Assembly: GCA_965207415.1 (NCBI GenBank)
Contig: CBDBMD010000003.1
Coordinates: 3,113,243-3,177,242 of the forward strand
DNA: 64,000 nucleotides
From: Dehalococcoidia bacterium
GTDB taxonomy: Bacteria > Chloroflexota > Dehalococcoidia > UBA2979
Direction: 5' to 3'
A model generated the notes under the pieces. That model saw nothing but the letters and a program-made list of their open reading frames with translations, was not told the origin of the DNA and did not search any database. The number at the start of each line of letters is the position of its first letter. Position 1 is the stretch's first letter. Below are positions 8,492 to 18,228 of this stretch, piece by piece. Made by a program: the position numbers and the translations under genes.

Positions 8492-10543
8492 GTGTCCAGG
8501 CTCGTGCGGATCGCAGCGAGCGCGCTGGTGCTGGCCATGACGGCCCTGTACGCCCTTGGCTGCGACGGCGGGGAGTCGACGCCGACGGCCACTCCTGGAC
8601 CCGCGGCTGACGTTGTTGCGACAACTGCCACCGAGGCGGCGAGTGACGACCGCGACGGCGCATTGAGGCAGACCGCCACGCCGCAGGCCACCGCCACGTC
8701 CCAGGCGACCGCCACGTCCCAGGCGACCGCCACGCCCCAGGCGACCGCCACGCCCCAGGCGACCGCCACGCCCCAGGCGACCGCCACGCCCCAGGCCACC
8801 GCCACGCCCCAGGCGACCGCCACGCCCCAGGCGACCGCCACGCCGCAGGCGACCGCCACGCCGCAGGCGACCGCCACGCCCCAGGCGACCGCCACGCCCC
8901 AGGCCACCGCCACGCCGCAGGCCACCGCCACGCCGCAGGCGACCGCCTCGCCAACGGCGACCGCCACGCCCCAGGCCACCGCCGCTCAGCCAGCCGGTTA
9001 TCGGACTCTCACCTTCAACTCCGTGAGTGCTGGCACCCTGCAGACGTGTGGTGTCACGACCAATGGGGCGCTTGTCTGCTGGGGCAATGGCCTCGATGGC
9101 CAGCCGTCGGCCGCCGCCGGCTCATTCACTTCCGTTAGCGCGGGGTTGGCCCACAACTGCGGAGTCAGGACCGATGGGTCGGTCACTTGCTGGGGTGATC
9201 ACGGCTCTGGTCGGGCCCGGCCGCCGGCGGGTGCATTCACCTCCGTCAGCGCTGGGTTGAGACACACCTGCGGAGTCAGGACTGACGGGTCGGTAGCCTG
9301 CTGGGGCAACGACGGCTCAGGCGCAGCCTCGCCACCCGATGGTACGTTCACCTCCGTTAGCAGCGGTTCGGGCCACACCTGCGGAGTCAGGACCGACGGG
9401 TCGGTCGCCTGCTGGGGCGACGACAGCTCAGGCCCAGCCTCACCCCCTGATGGCTCCTTTAGCTCCGTCAGTGCCGGGTTGAGCCACACGTGCGGAGTCA
9501 GGACCGATGGGTCGGTCGCCTGCTGGGGCTATGACAACTCGGGCGAAGCCTCGCCACCCGATGGCTCCTTCACATCCGTCAGCGCCGCGTTCAGCCACAC
9601 CTGCGGGGTCAGAACCAACGGCTCGGTGGCCTGCTGGGGCGCCGACCGCTTGGGCAAGGCCTCGCCACCCGATGGCTCCTTCACATCGGTCAGTGCAGGG
9701 TTCAGCCACACCTGCGGGGTCAGCGCCACCGGTTTGGTCACCTGTTGGGGAGACGGCTTCAGCAGCCAAGCGACACCACCCGCGGGAACATTCGCCTCCC
9801 TGAGCGCCGGCGGCTCCCACAGCTGCGCGATCTCCACTGACGGCTCGGTCACCTGCTGGGGCGAGGATCGGGTGGGCCAGGCGACGCCGCCCGCCGGAAC
9901 GTTCGTCTCCGTAAGCGCCGGCGGCTCCCACAGCTGCGGAACCCGTGCTGACGGCTCGGTCGCCTGCTGGGGTAGGGACGGCTTTGGGCAAGCCTCACCA
10001 CCCGCAGGATCGTTCGCCTCTGTCAGCGCGGGGGTTCACCACACTTGCGGCATTAGGTCCGATGGATCGGTTGCCTGCTGGGGCGGAGGAGATGTGGCCC
10101 GCCGAGCCGCCAGACCGCCCGCGGGCACGTTCGCCTCCGTCAGTGCCGGGAGTAGCCACACCTGCGGCATCGGGACCGACGGATCGGCCATTTGCTGGGG
10201 CGACGACGGGGAGGGCCAAGCCTCGCCTCCCGACGGCAGGTTCGCCTCCGTGGTCGCCGGGGGCGGCCACACCTGCGGTATCAGAGCCGACGGCTCGGTT
10301 GCCTGCTGGGGCTTGGACCGTAGCGGACAAGCCTCGCCACCCGCCGGCACATTCGCCTCGCTCACTGCAGGAACAGGGCACACCTGCGGGCTCAGGCACG
10401 ACGGATCCATCGAGTGCTGGGGGCTGAATCTCGACGGCCAGGGCTCCCCGCCCGGCGGCGCTTTCAACTCCGTCAGCGCCGGGCTCTTCCACACCTGCGG
10501 CGTGAGGCCCGATGGCTCCGTTGAGTGCTGGGGCAGGAACTGA
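8492..10543 (+). CDS. RCC1/BLIP-II-like beta-propeller repeat lipoprotein with PQATAT stalk
   Basis: Lipobox ALGC; about 14 repeats of F-SVSAG--HTCGVR-DGSVACWG. Confidence 0.9.
   Translation: MSRLVRIAASALVLAMTALYALGCDGGESTPTATPGPAADVVATTATEAASDDRDGALRQTATPQATATSQATATSQATATPQATATPQATATPQATATPQATATPQATATPQATATPQATATPQATATPQATATPQATATPQATATPQATASPTATATPQATAAQPAGYRTLTFNSVSAGTLQTCGVTTNGALVCWGNGLDGQPSAAAGSFTSVSAGLAHNCGVRTDGSVTCWGDHGSGRARPPAGAFTSVSAGLRHTCGVRTDGSVACWGNDGSGAASPPDGTFTSVSSGSGHTCGVRTDGSVACWGDDSSGPASPPDGSFSSVSAGLSHTCGVRTDGSVACWGYDNSGEASPPDGSFTSVSAAFSHTCGVRTNGSVACWGADRLGKASPPDGSFTSVSAGFSHTCGVSATGLVTCWGDGFSSQATPPAGTFASLSAGGSHSCAISTDGSVTCWGEDRVGQATPPAGTFVSVSAGGSHSCGTRADGSVACWGRDGFGQASPPAGSFASVSAGVHHTCGIRSDGSVACWGGGDVARRAARPPAGTFASVSAGSSHTCGIGTDGSAICWGDDGEGQASPPDGRFASVVAGGGHTCGIRADGSVACWGLDRSGQASPPAGTFASLTAGTGHTCGLRHDGSIECWGLNLDGQGSPPGGAFNSVSAGLFHTCGVRPDGSVECWGRN
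8681..8986 (+). repeat. 18-bp coding tandem repeat (PQATAT), about 17 units
   Basis: CCCCAGGCGACCGCCACG units. Confidence 0.95.
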
Positions 10544-10642
10544 GCGGGCGCTGCGGGGGAGCAGGGATGGGGAGGGAACCGGTCGACGCGTGGGGGGATT
10601 GTCGATCCCGGAGTGCCCCTCCGTGATCGAGGAGTGGAGGAG

Positions 10643-12076
10643 ATGAGCTCGACACCCGCCCGCAAGGTGGCGGTCGTTGCGCTGGTAACGGCGGCGCTGA
10701 TTGCACTCGCGATCGCCGGCGTACGCTGGAGCGCTGACGGCGATCCCGATCGTGTCGCTGCACCGGCCGTTGCGTCACCCGCTCCAACGGCCCCGCCGCC
10801 GCCCACCGCGACGCCGGAGCCCACGCCGACCGCCACGCCGGAGCCCACGCCGACCGCGGCGCCGGAGCCGCCGCCCACCGCGACGCCGGAGCCGACGCCC
10901 ACCGCGACGCCGGAGCCGACGCCCACCGCGACGCCGGAGCCGACGCCCACCGCGACGCCGGAGCCGACGCCCACCGCGACGCCCGAGCCGACGCCCACCG
11001 CGACGCCGGAGCCGACGCCCACCGCGACGCCGGAACCGACGCCCACCGCGACGCCGGAACCGACGCCCACCGCGACGCCGGAACCGACGCCCACCGCGAC
11101 GCCGGTGCCCGTCGATCGGAGCTGGGCGCCGGCGGGTTCGCTCGACGGCGCGACGGACGAGGAGGTCGCCTGGATTCGCGAGCTGTACGAAGCCGACCTC
11201 TGGGAGTGGGACGTGCTTCTCAAGCACTGGTACCCGCTGACCTACGTGGATTCCAATGGGGAAACGCAGGTCTGGGAACCGCCCTTCCCAGGCGCACCGC
11301 GGCTCCTCACGAGCTTCGGTTACCTGGGGGGGTCGGCCAGTCTCGGCTCGGGGTGGGTCACGCTTGTCCCCGGCCTGGAGCTGCCGCCGGCGCTCGTGCG
11401 CTACACGCTGACCAATCCGTTCCCGCCGCGGCCCCCGCGGTACGACCCGAGCGTGGAAGGTTTCTACCCGCCGCTGGAGCCGGGGGTCAACGTGGTCTGG
11501 GTTGCCGGGGCCGACTTCACCGATCCGTCGCAGCGGCCCGAGTGCCCGGTGATCACCAGGATGGAGGAGCTCAACACGGACTGGATGTGGCCCACGGCCG
11601 CGCGCGCGCGCTCTCACTCCATCAGCAGCTACGAGCAGTACAGGGAGTTGATGGACTACACCGGTATCCCGGTTGAATCGGGTAGGGGCAGGGCCTGGTC
11701 GGAGGAGCACAACGCGGCCTTCTACCGCCTCACCGAATCCACGCCATACGGCTGGTACACCTTCGACATCGAGACGATGGAGATGCGCCCGGTGGACACC
11801 GCGCCCGACAGCTGGGACACGCTCAACCTCTGGGGTTCGGAGGTGCCCTACGCTCTCGGGTTCGGGGCTACGTACTACAACCACATCTACGGGGTGACGC
11901 TGCCTCAGGGTATCGAGCCGTGGCCGCCGTTCGACCCGTGGGCCGAGGTGCTTCAGAGGGGCGAGGCCCCTACGGTCCCAGGGCCTTACACGCACGCGCT
12001 CAAATCATTCGTCTTCGAGTCCCCGAATCCTCGTGGAGAGGGCTACGGCGCGTACATGCGAATTACCTGCGAATAG
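10643..12076 (+). CDS. Membrane-anchored/exported protein with PEPTPTAT stalk and unknown aromatic-rich domain
   Basis: RBS GGAGG; N-terminal TM/signal; Pro/Thr linker. Confidence 0.8.
   Translation: MSSTPARKVAVVALVTAALIALAIAGVRWSADGDPDRVAAPAVASPAPTAPPPPTATPEPTPTATPEPTPTAAPEPPPTATPEPTPTATPEPTPTATPEPTPTATPEPTPTATPEPTPTATPEPTPTATPEPTPTATPEPTPTATPEPTPTATPVPVDRSWAPAGSLDGATDEEVAWIRELYEADLWEWDVLLKHWYPLTYVDSNGETQVWEPPFPGAPRLLTSFGYLGGSASLGSGWVTLVPGLELPPALVRYTLTNPFPPRPPRYDPSVEGFYPPLEPGVNVVWVAGADFTDPSQRPECPVITRMEELNTDWMWPTAARARSHSISSYEQYRELMDYTGIPVESGRGRAWSEEHNAAFYRLTESTPYGWYTFDIETMEMRPVDTAPDSWDTLNLWGSEVPYALGFGATYYNHIYGVTLPQGIEPWPPFDPWAEVLQRGEAPTVPGPYTHALKSFVFESPNPRGEGYGAYMRITCE
10802..11104 (+). repeat. 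24-bp coding tandem repeat (PTATPEPT), about 12 units
   Basis: CCCACCGCGACGCCGGAGCCGACG units. Confidence 0.95.
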
Positions 12077-12590
12077 GCGGCAGCAGGCGCGCCCCGACCT
12101 TGTCCGGGTGCGCCTGCTGCCGGGTTTCGCTACGGATTCGGGATCAGGTACGGTCGGGCGCGGCGGACGGGCAGGCCCTTGGCCGGGTCGCCGTAGCCGA
12201 CGATGCGGGCCCGACGCCTTCATCGCGGAGTGCGTGCGCGGCGGCGTCGCTTCGGAACCGGGGGCGCGAGCCCGTATCGAGTAAGCGTCGTCGATGGGCC
12301 GCACGGTCGTGGGTGACGGCGCGACGGTCAGGTGCCGGGTCACGCTTGCGCCCGGGGCGTCCTTGGGCGACGGCAGCAAGGCCAGCGATCGCTCGAGTGT
12401 CGCCGGGGCAATCGCGTCCGGAACCCTGCTCGGCTCGCGCTCCAACGTCCCCGACGCCATGATCCGCGCCGCGTGAGGGGAGTTGGAACGCCGGTCTGCC
12501 GCCTGCGGATGGACCGTTGGGGTCCCGTGATTCGAGCGCCTTGAGTCCCGCCGCCCGGCGCGACGTTGACGGAACTGCTACTCTCATCAG

Positions 12591-12707
12591 GACCTCTCCA
12601 CAGGTTCGTTCCTATGTATGCGGATGTGGGCCCTCGCGCCCCCTTTCGGTATTCGTAGGATTCGGTGACTTGTGGAGAGGAACCCACATCCTCACCGCGA
12701 GGGGGCA
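12591..12707 (+). ncRNA. Pseudoknotted leader element B, copy 2
   Basis: Starts 7 nt after extended -10 TGcTACTCT (12576-12584); CTCTCCACAGG/CTTGTGGAGAG stem; GGATGTGGG/CCCACATCC pairing. Confidence 0.55.
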
Positions 12708-12836
12708 TCAAGCCGTGTTCTCGGGGCCATCCTCACATCGCGAGCTCGAGCGTCCACGCGTCCGGCAATCCTGCTGCTGCTTGCTGTTGCACACTCCTCG
12801 CCTGGCTCGAGCGCGGAGGGCGTGGGAGGCCCCGTC

Positions 12837-15140
12837 GTGAAGTTAGCTGTCACGAGGTTCGTGAGGAGCACGGCCCCCTCGGCGGCGATCCTGGCCGTTG
12901 CCGCGGCCCTTGTCCTCAGTTGCAGCTCCGAGACACCCGCGACGCCGCCCGCCACGACGGAGGCACCGATACCCTCCGTCACAGCGACCCCGACCCCCTC
13001 TGCGACCCCGGATCGCAGCGCGGTCGCGACGGCGCAGCCGACGCCTACGGCGACTCCGGCGCGCACCGACGGAGGGGTCGCGCAGCCGACAGCTACGCCG
13101 ACCGCCACGGCCACCGCTTCCGGTGACGGCGACGGTCAGGCGCGCGTCGCCGCGCCCGATCGGGTCGCGCTGGAAGCGATCTTCAGCGGTACGGGCGGAG
13201 TGGGTTGGCTGACGAGCACGAACTGGCTCACGGACGCTCCGCTCGGTGACTGGCAGGGCGTCACGACAGATCAGGAAGGCCGAGTTACGGCGCTGGAACT
13301 GCCAGGTAACGGGTTGACGAGATCCATACCCGGGAAGCTCTCGGAACTCACGAGCCTCGCGATACTCGACCTCTCCGGCAACAGCCTGGAGGGACCGATA
13401 CCTCCAGAGATCAGCTCCCTCACGGGCCTCACCGTGCTGAGGCTCGATGGCAACTGGCTGTGGGGGCCGATTCCCGCCGAGCTCGCCAACCTCGAGAACC
13501 TCACGACCCTGTCGTTGTCTTCGAACAATCTCGGGGGCGAGATCCCGCCGGAGCTGGCCAGCCTCTCTCAACTGACCGAGCTGTCGCTCGCGGACAATGA
13601 CCTGCAAGGACCGATTCCAGCCGAACTCAGCAATCTCACGAACCTCACGATTCTGTCACTGTCCGAGAACGGCCTCAGCGGGCGGATCCCGCCTGAGCTG
13701 GGCGGCCTCTCCCGGTTGACCGAGCTGTCCCTCGGCGGGAACAAGTTGAGCGGGGGCATTCCGGCGGAACTCGGGAGTCTCACTTCCCTGACCAGGCTGT
13801 CGTTGTGGGGCAACAACCTGAGCGGGTCGATCCCAGAAGGACTGGGCCGACTGGAGAACCTGACCCACCTGAACGTCGCATACAACGAACTGACCGGGCC
13901 GATTCCACCGGAACTGGGCCAGCTGTCCCGCCTGGAGGTGATGTCTCTTGCGAACAACAACCTGAGCGGGTCCATCCCGGGTGAACTCGCCGAACTCAGG
14001 CAGCTTGCGCGCCTGCTTCTCTGGGGGAACGAGCTTCGAGGGCCGATTCCGGCCGGCATCTGGAACCTCCGGGACCTGACGTATCTCGGTCTGTCACGAA
14101 ACAACCTGAGCGGCGAGATTCCAGAGGCAGCATGCTCGCTGGCGAAGCTGACAACCCTGGGCCTCACAGACAACGAACTCTCCGGTTCGCTCCCGGACTG
14201 CCTCGGCGCGATGGACTCGCTCGAAGACCTTCAACTGCAGGGCAACAGGTTGAGCGGAACGATCCCGGAAGGGCTGTTCGATATCCGCGAGCTCCACGTG
14301 GGCGGGAACGACCTCAGCGGTTGCTTGCCGGATGATCGTCTGGACCGGATCAAAGTCGATACGTTCTTCAGCTCGCTGCCGTTGTGCAGCGGGAATCCCG
14401 CTGCACCGGACTCCGCGCGCGACAGGGACGCCCTGGTTGCACTCTATGAGTCAACCAGCGGTCAGGGCTGGAGGGTTAGCACCAACTGGCTCAGTGACAG
14501 ACCGCTCGGCGAGTGGTACGGGGTCACGACCGATCGCCAGGGCCGAGTTGTTGCGCTGGTGATTACCGGTGAACAGATTCCGGGTACACCTGTCTCTAGC
14601 AACAATCTGAGGGGTGAGCTGCCGGAGGAAATCGGGAACCTCGATAAGCTCAGTGGGCTTGTGCTAATCGGCTTCGGAGATGAAGTGCGCGGGGAAATCC
14701 CGGCGTCAATCGGTGAGCTGGAGGAGTTGCAGGTTCTGGTCCTTCAGAGCCTGGAGCTACGGGGAGAGCTCCCGAATCTCGAGAAGCTCGGGCACCTTCG
14801 GGAGTTGGACCTCAGTTTCAACGGCCTGTCCGGGGAGATCCCCGAGAGCCTCCGGCATCACCGGGGTCTGGAGGACATAAACCTGAGGGGCAACCACCTG
14901 TTCGGTCCAATACCGACGTGGATCGGCGGGCTCGACAGCTTGAGGAAGCTGGACCTCAACGGGAACGGGCTCATAGGTCCGATACCCGAGAGCATCGGCG
15001 ATCTCGGTGAGTTGACCGAGTTGAATCTGGCGGTGAACAGCCTCAGCGGGATGATTCCGGCAGGGCTGATCGGGCTGGTGCCAGAGTTGGAGCTTCTTAA
15101 TCTCGCAGGCAATGACTTTAGCGGGCCGGTACCTGACTAG
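12837..15140 (+). CDS. Leucine-rich-repeat lipoprotein (plant-RLK-like 24-aa LRRs, two capped blocks)
   Basis: Lipobox VLSC; LxxLxLxxNxLsGxIPxEL repeats; two DR-AL...NWL-D-PLG-W-GV caps. Confidence 0.92.
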   Translation: MKLAVTRFVRSTAPSAAILAVAAALVLSCSSETPATPPATTEAPIPSVTATPTPSATPDRSAVATAQPTPTATPARTDGGVAQPTATPTATATASGDGDGQARVAAPDRVALEAIFSGTGGVGWLTSTNWLTDAPLGDWQGVTTDQEGRVTALELPGNGLTRSIPGKLSELTSLAILDLSGNSLEGPIPPEISSLTGLTVLRLDGNWLWGPIPAELANLENLTTLSLSSNNLGGEIPPELASLSQLTELSLADNDLQGPIPAELSNLTNLTILSLSENGLSGRIPPELGGLSRLTELSLGGNKLSGGIPAELGSLTSLTRLSLWGNNLSGSIPEGLGRLENLTHLNVAYNELTGPIPPELGQLSRLEVMSLANNNLSGSIPGELAELRQLARLLLWGNELRGPIPAGIWNLRDLTYLGLSRNNLSGEIPEAACSLAKLTTLGLTDNELSGSLPDCLGAMDSLEDLQLQGNRLSGTIPEGLFDIRELHVGGNDLSGCLPDDRLDRIKVDTFFSSLPLCSGNPAAPDSARDRDALVALYESTSGQGWRVSTNWLSDRPLGEWYGVTTDRQGRVVALVITGEQIPGTPVSSNNLRGELPEEIGNLDKLSGLVLIGFGDEVRGEIPASIGELEELQVLVLQSLELRGELPNLEKLGHLRELDLSFNGLSGEIPESLRHHRGLEDINLRGNHLFGPIPTWIGGLDSLRKLDLNGNGLIGPIPESIGDLGELTELNLAVNSLSGMIPAGLIGLVPELELLNLAGNDFSGPVPD

Positions 15141-15841
15141 TTCCGCCCGCCCCTGGAGTAGAGCGCCCTGTCGGGCCCGCGCTCCTGTCCCACTCGCGAC
15201 GAGCCGCGGTGGTGACGGTCTTCCTCCGCTCACCTCAGCACAGCCCCCTGCTGGTGAGAGACGATGAGGATTCGTCGAGCACTTCGCCGACCTCGGAGCC
15301 CTGAGCAACTCTCCCGGCGGGGTAGAGTCCTCTCGGTATTGCCGAGCATCTCGCGGATCGTGCCGATCTCGCGCCGGGTACCGCCAAGCGAAGCTGGATC
15401 GCCTTGTGCGGATGTTCGTCACCGAACCTCCGAGTGCGCCGCCCCGTTCTCGATGCGCAGACCGCCTCGGGCAGCCGAGTCGGAGACGCCGGGGAGCACC
15501 TGCGCTGCGCTACGTGGCAGTGATGCGCTCGGTGACCAGTTCTAATGTCTCCCGTGAGCAGCGGCAGCCGGCTTACGCGTTGCGCAACGCGCCCGCTGTC
15601 GGCGCCCGGCGCGAGATCGAACTGCGCGAGCCGTCGACATCGGACAGCGGCACCCGCGGACGGCGGCAACACCGCCCACCTTGCCGCCCGCCGACGGGCG
15701 CGAAGCAATGTGCCGGGGCATCTGCAGCCGGTCCGGCTTTGCACGCGAGGGCTGATTTCGATTAAGGAGCCTTAGCATTTGGTAGGATCGCCTCGCGAGC
15801 GGCCGACGAACGCGCCGGGCGAACAACAGAGGGGGTACAGC

Positions 15842-16858
15842 ATGAACGTACTAGCAAACCTCGGCGATCTGGCCTCACTCGACGTGGCGCGGGCGCGCAG
15901 CGTGCTCGCGAGCGTCGAACCGGCGCTCGCCGACCCGGACCTCGAGCTGCGCGAGCTGAACGATCTGCGGGCGCAGCTCCATGCACTCGCCCCCCTGCTC
16001 CGGCGTGTTGGCCCCTCGACCGTCCTCCACGATGCCAGCATCGCGTATCGAATCAAGGCGGAGTCGCTGATCGGCCAGCGCCTCGCCGCGCTCCCGGACC
16101 GGAGCGGGGGGTCCACAGACGAGCCGACTGAGCTTCAGCGCGCCACGAGGGATCTCGGGATCGACGACCGAACGGCGAGACGCTGGCGCGCAATCGGCAG
16201 AGCCCGACCGGAACGGGTGGACGCTTATATCGCCCCGGCGCTCGACGCGCTCGAGCGCAGCGTCGCCGGCGAGGGCTCACCCGACGAGCCCGGCGTCCGG
16301 CTCTCGACCCGACAGCTGGAGCAGATCTCGGGCTCCGATTCGGCCGGCGCTGACGACGCCGCCGCGCGGGCGGACCGCGACGACGATGACGACGGCATCC
16401 CCGCGCTCCATTTGCCCGACGGCCTGGTCGAGGTGTCCCTACGCGTGCTCGGCGGGGTCGATCGCCACGTCGGGGCGCAGGGTATGCGCGACCGCCACTG
16501 GCAGGGCCGGGTGCTTGTCACGCCGCCACCCACGTCGGCCGCGCCGTACGCCGACCATTTGCGGCGACTCTACGAGCTTGGCGCGGTCAGCGACGCAATC
16601 CTAATCGTGCGATCATCGCAGCACTCGTGGTGGCACCCCTTCGCCTGGCGGCCGCACTGCCTGCTCGCGAGCGCCGCGCCGGGGGGCCGGCCGGCGGCCC
16701 CGCTGACCGTGTTCCTGCTCGCGCGGTCCGTGGGGGTGCACGAGCGGTTCATCTCAGAGTTCCGGCGCCTCGGACATGTCTACCCGCGGGGCGCCGTCGT
16801 GGAGATCGGGCCCATGGACGGTGGTGCGGGACCGGCAACTCCCAGGGCGGCGGCGTGA
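15842..16858 (+). CDS. Phage-type DNA adenine methyltransferase-like protein, catalytically degenerate
   Basis: N-terminus like phage MTase fusions (RIKAESLIG...DLGIDDRTARRW); W-GRVLVTPPP where NPPY is expected. Confidence 0.5.
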   Translation: MNVLANLGDLASLDVARARSVLASVEPALADPDLELRELNDLRAQLHALAPLLRRVGPSTVLHDASIAYRIKAESLIGQRLAALPDRSGGSTDEPTELQRATRDLGIDDRTARRWRAIGRARPERVDAYIAPALDALERSVAGEGSPDEPGVRLSTRQLEQISGSDSAGADDAAARADRDDDDDGIPALHLPDGLVEVSLRVLGGVDRHVGAQGMRDRHWQGRVLVTPPPTSAAPYADHLRRLYELGAVSDAILIVRSSQHSWWHPFAWRPHCLLASAAPGGRPAAPLTVFLLARSVGVHERFISEFRRLGHVYPRGAVVEIGPMDGGAGPATPRAAA

Positions 16859-17064
16859 GAGACGCTGGAGAGCCCGGCGAGGGTGGTCCGCCACCCGCCC
16901 GCCACTAGTCTGGCGGAGGTACCTGCCACGCTGGCCGGAAGCGGTGGGTTGCCCTTGGCGTGTAGCCGCTGCGCGCTCTCCTGAAGGGGCGATCGCGCGG
17001 CGCTGCAGGCCCCGGAGTTGAGCGAGCGCGCCGGAGAGCCGGTGCTGGAGCTTGAGAGGCATTG

Positions 17065-17154
17065 CCGCCGCGCCCGCTCGAGAAGATCGAGGCCGACCCG
17101 CAGGCGCTGGAGCAGGAGATCACGGACCTGCTGTCGGAGGTCGTGAGAGGTTGA
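17065..17154 (+). pseudogene. C-terminal remnant of type I HsdM
   Basis: PPRPLEKIEADPQALEQEITDLLSEVV. Confidence 0.6.
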
Positions 17155-17202
17155 CGCACCCCCGGTCCCTGCCGGCACGTGTCCGATAAACCAGGTGGGG
17201 AG

Positions 17203-17420
17203 ATGCCGACGGTTCTGAGGGAAGGGCCCTACCGCTTCTTCTTCTACGCTAGCGATCGGGAGGAACCGCCGCATGTCCACGTGGAGCGAGACCGGCAGAC
17301 GGCCAAGTTCTGGCGGCAGCCGGTCAGGCTCGAACGCAGCGGGGACTGAGGCCCCCCAGATGCGGCGGATCACGAGGACCGTCGGCGACAATGAGACGCT
17401 GTTCGTGGAGGCGTGGAATG
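17203..17420 (+). pseudogene. DUF4160 toxin-like gene, frameshifted near 17345
   Basis: MPTVLREGPYRFFFYASDREEPPHVHV...AKFW. Confidence 0.8.
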
Positions 17421-17592
17421 AGCGTTTCGACACTTGAGGTGAGCGTCCCCGAAGCAGAGACCGTCTCGGTCCCCGGCGACACGCTGACCGCCGAACTCTC
17501 CGACGGCCGCACCATCTCCGTGCCGCTCGACTGGTACCCCCGGCTGACCCACGCCACGCCGGAGGAGCGCGACAACTGGCGGCTGATCGGTG
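17418..17592 (+). pseudogene. DUF2442 antitoxin-like gene, 3'-truncated
   Basis: LSDGRTISVPLDWYPRL-HATPEER-NWRLIG, then homology stops. Confidence 0.8.
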
Positions 17593-18110
17593 TGGACCGG
17601 CTTGCCTCGGGGCTTCATCCAATCGGGCCATTCGGCGGTGCTGATGCCCGGAGGGGGCGGTTCGGGTGATGCGAGCACGTAGTGAGGCGTCGCCAGGTGC
17701 ACGCGCGGCCGCCCTTCGCCGAAGATCAGGTCGAGCCGTTCGGCCTTCGACTCGAGCTGGCTGTTCGTCCAGTTCGTCTCCACCTTCGCCTCAACCAGGA
17801 CGACGTGCGTCGCCGAGTTCCCCTGGAACGCGACGATCAAGTCGGCATCTTCCTGGTTCCCGGAGACGAGTCTGTCGTTGCGGATTCGCTCCGGCGGCGA
17901 GGGATTGGCCGCCAGGTAGAGCGCCATCTGCAGCCAGTCGAGGTGGTAGTCCATCGCGACGAACGCATCGGCGGGAACCGTGACGCCGATGGCGTCGCCG
18001 AGGCGCTCGCGGAAGGCGTCGCCCAGGGTGTCGCTGCCGAGGGCCTCGCGCAGCAGGATGAAGCGCTCCTTCCTGTTGAAGGACCGGAGGTTTTCGATCA
18101 GGTCCGACAT
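17593..18110 (-). pseudogene. PD-(D/E)XK-like hypothetical protein, 3'-truncated at the DUF2442 junction
   Basis: FNRKERF, AMDYHLDW, EDADLIV...LVEAK. Confidence 0.55.
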
Positions 18111-18178
18111 GGTCTGCTCCTTGTCCGTCGTACAGCGCCATCGGCTCAGGGGAGCGCTCGCCCCTAACCCTTCAACCG

Positions 18179-18227
18179 GCGGTCTCCATATTCAAGCTTC
18201 TGTTGTACCCTTGAATATGGAGACCGC
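18179..18227. promoter_or_regulatory. Perfect 18-bp inverted repeat covering the Fic RBS
   Basis: GCGGTCTCCATATTCAAG-N13-CTTGAATATGGAGACCGC. Confidence 0.8.
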
Positions 18228-18228
18228 G

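Noticed and set aside
9000-10540. RCC1 repeats as DGR template/variable repeats
   Set aside because: No reverse transcriptase, and differences are not adenine-specific
8681-11104. 18-bp and 24-bp arrays as CRISPR
   Set aside because: No unique spacers, in-frame coding Pro/Thr linkers, no cas genes
12294-12476. Hexapeptide-repeat-like short ORF
   Set aside because: Too short with no clear start; at most a remnant
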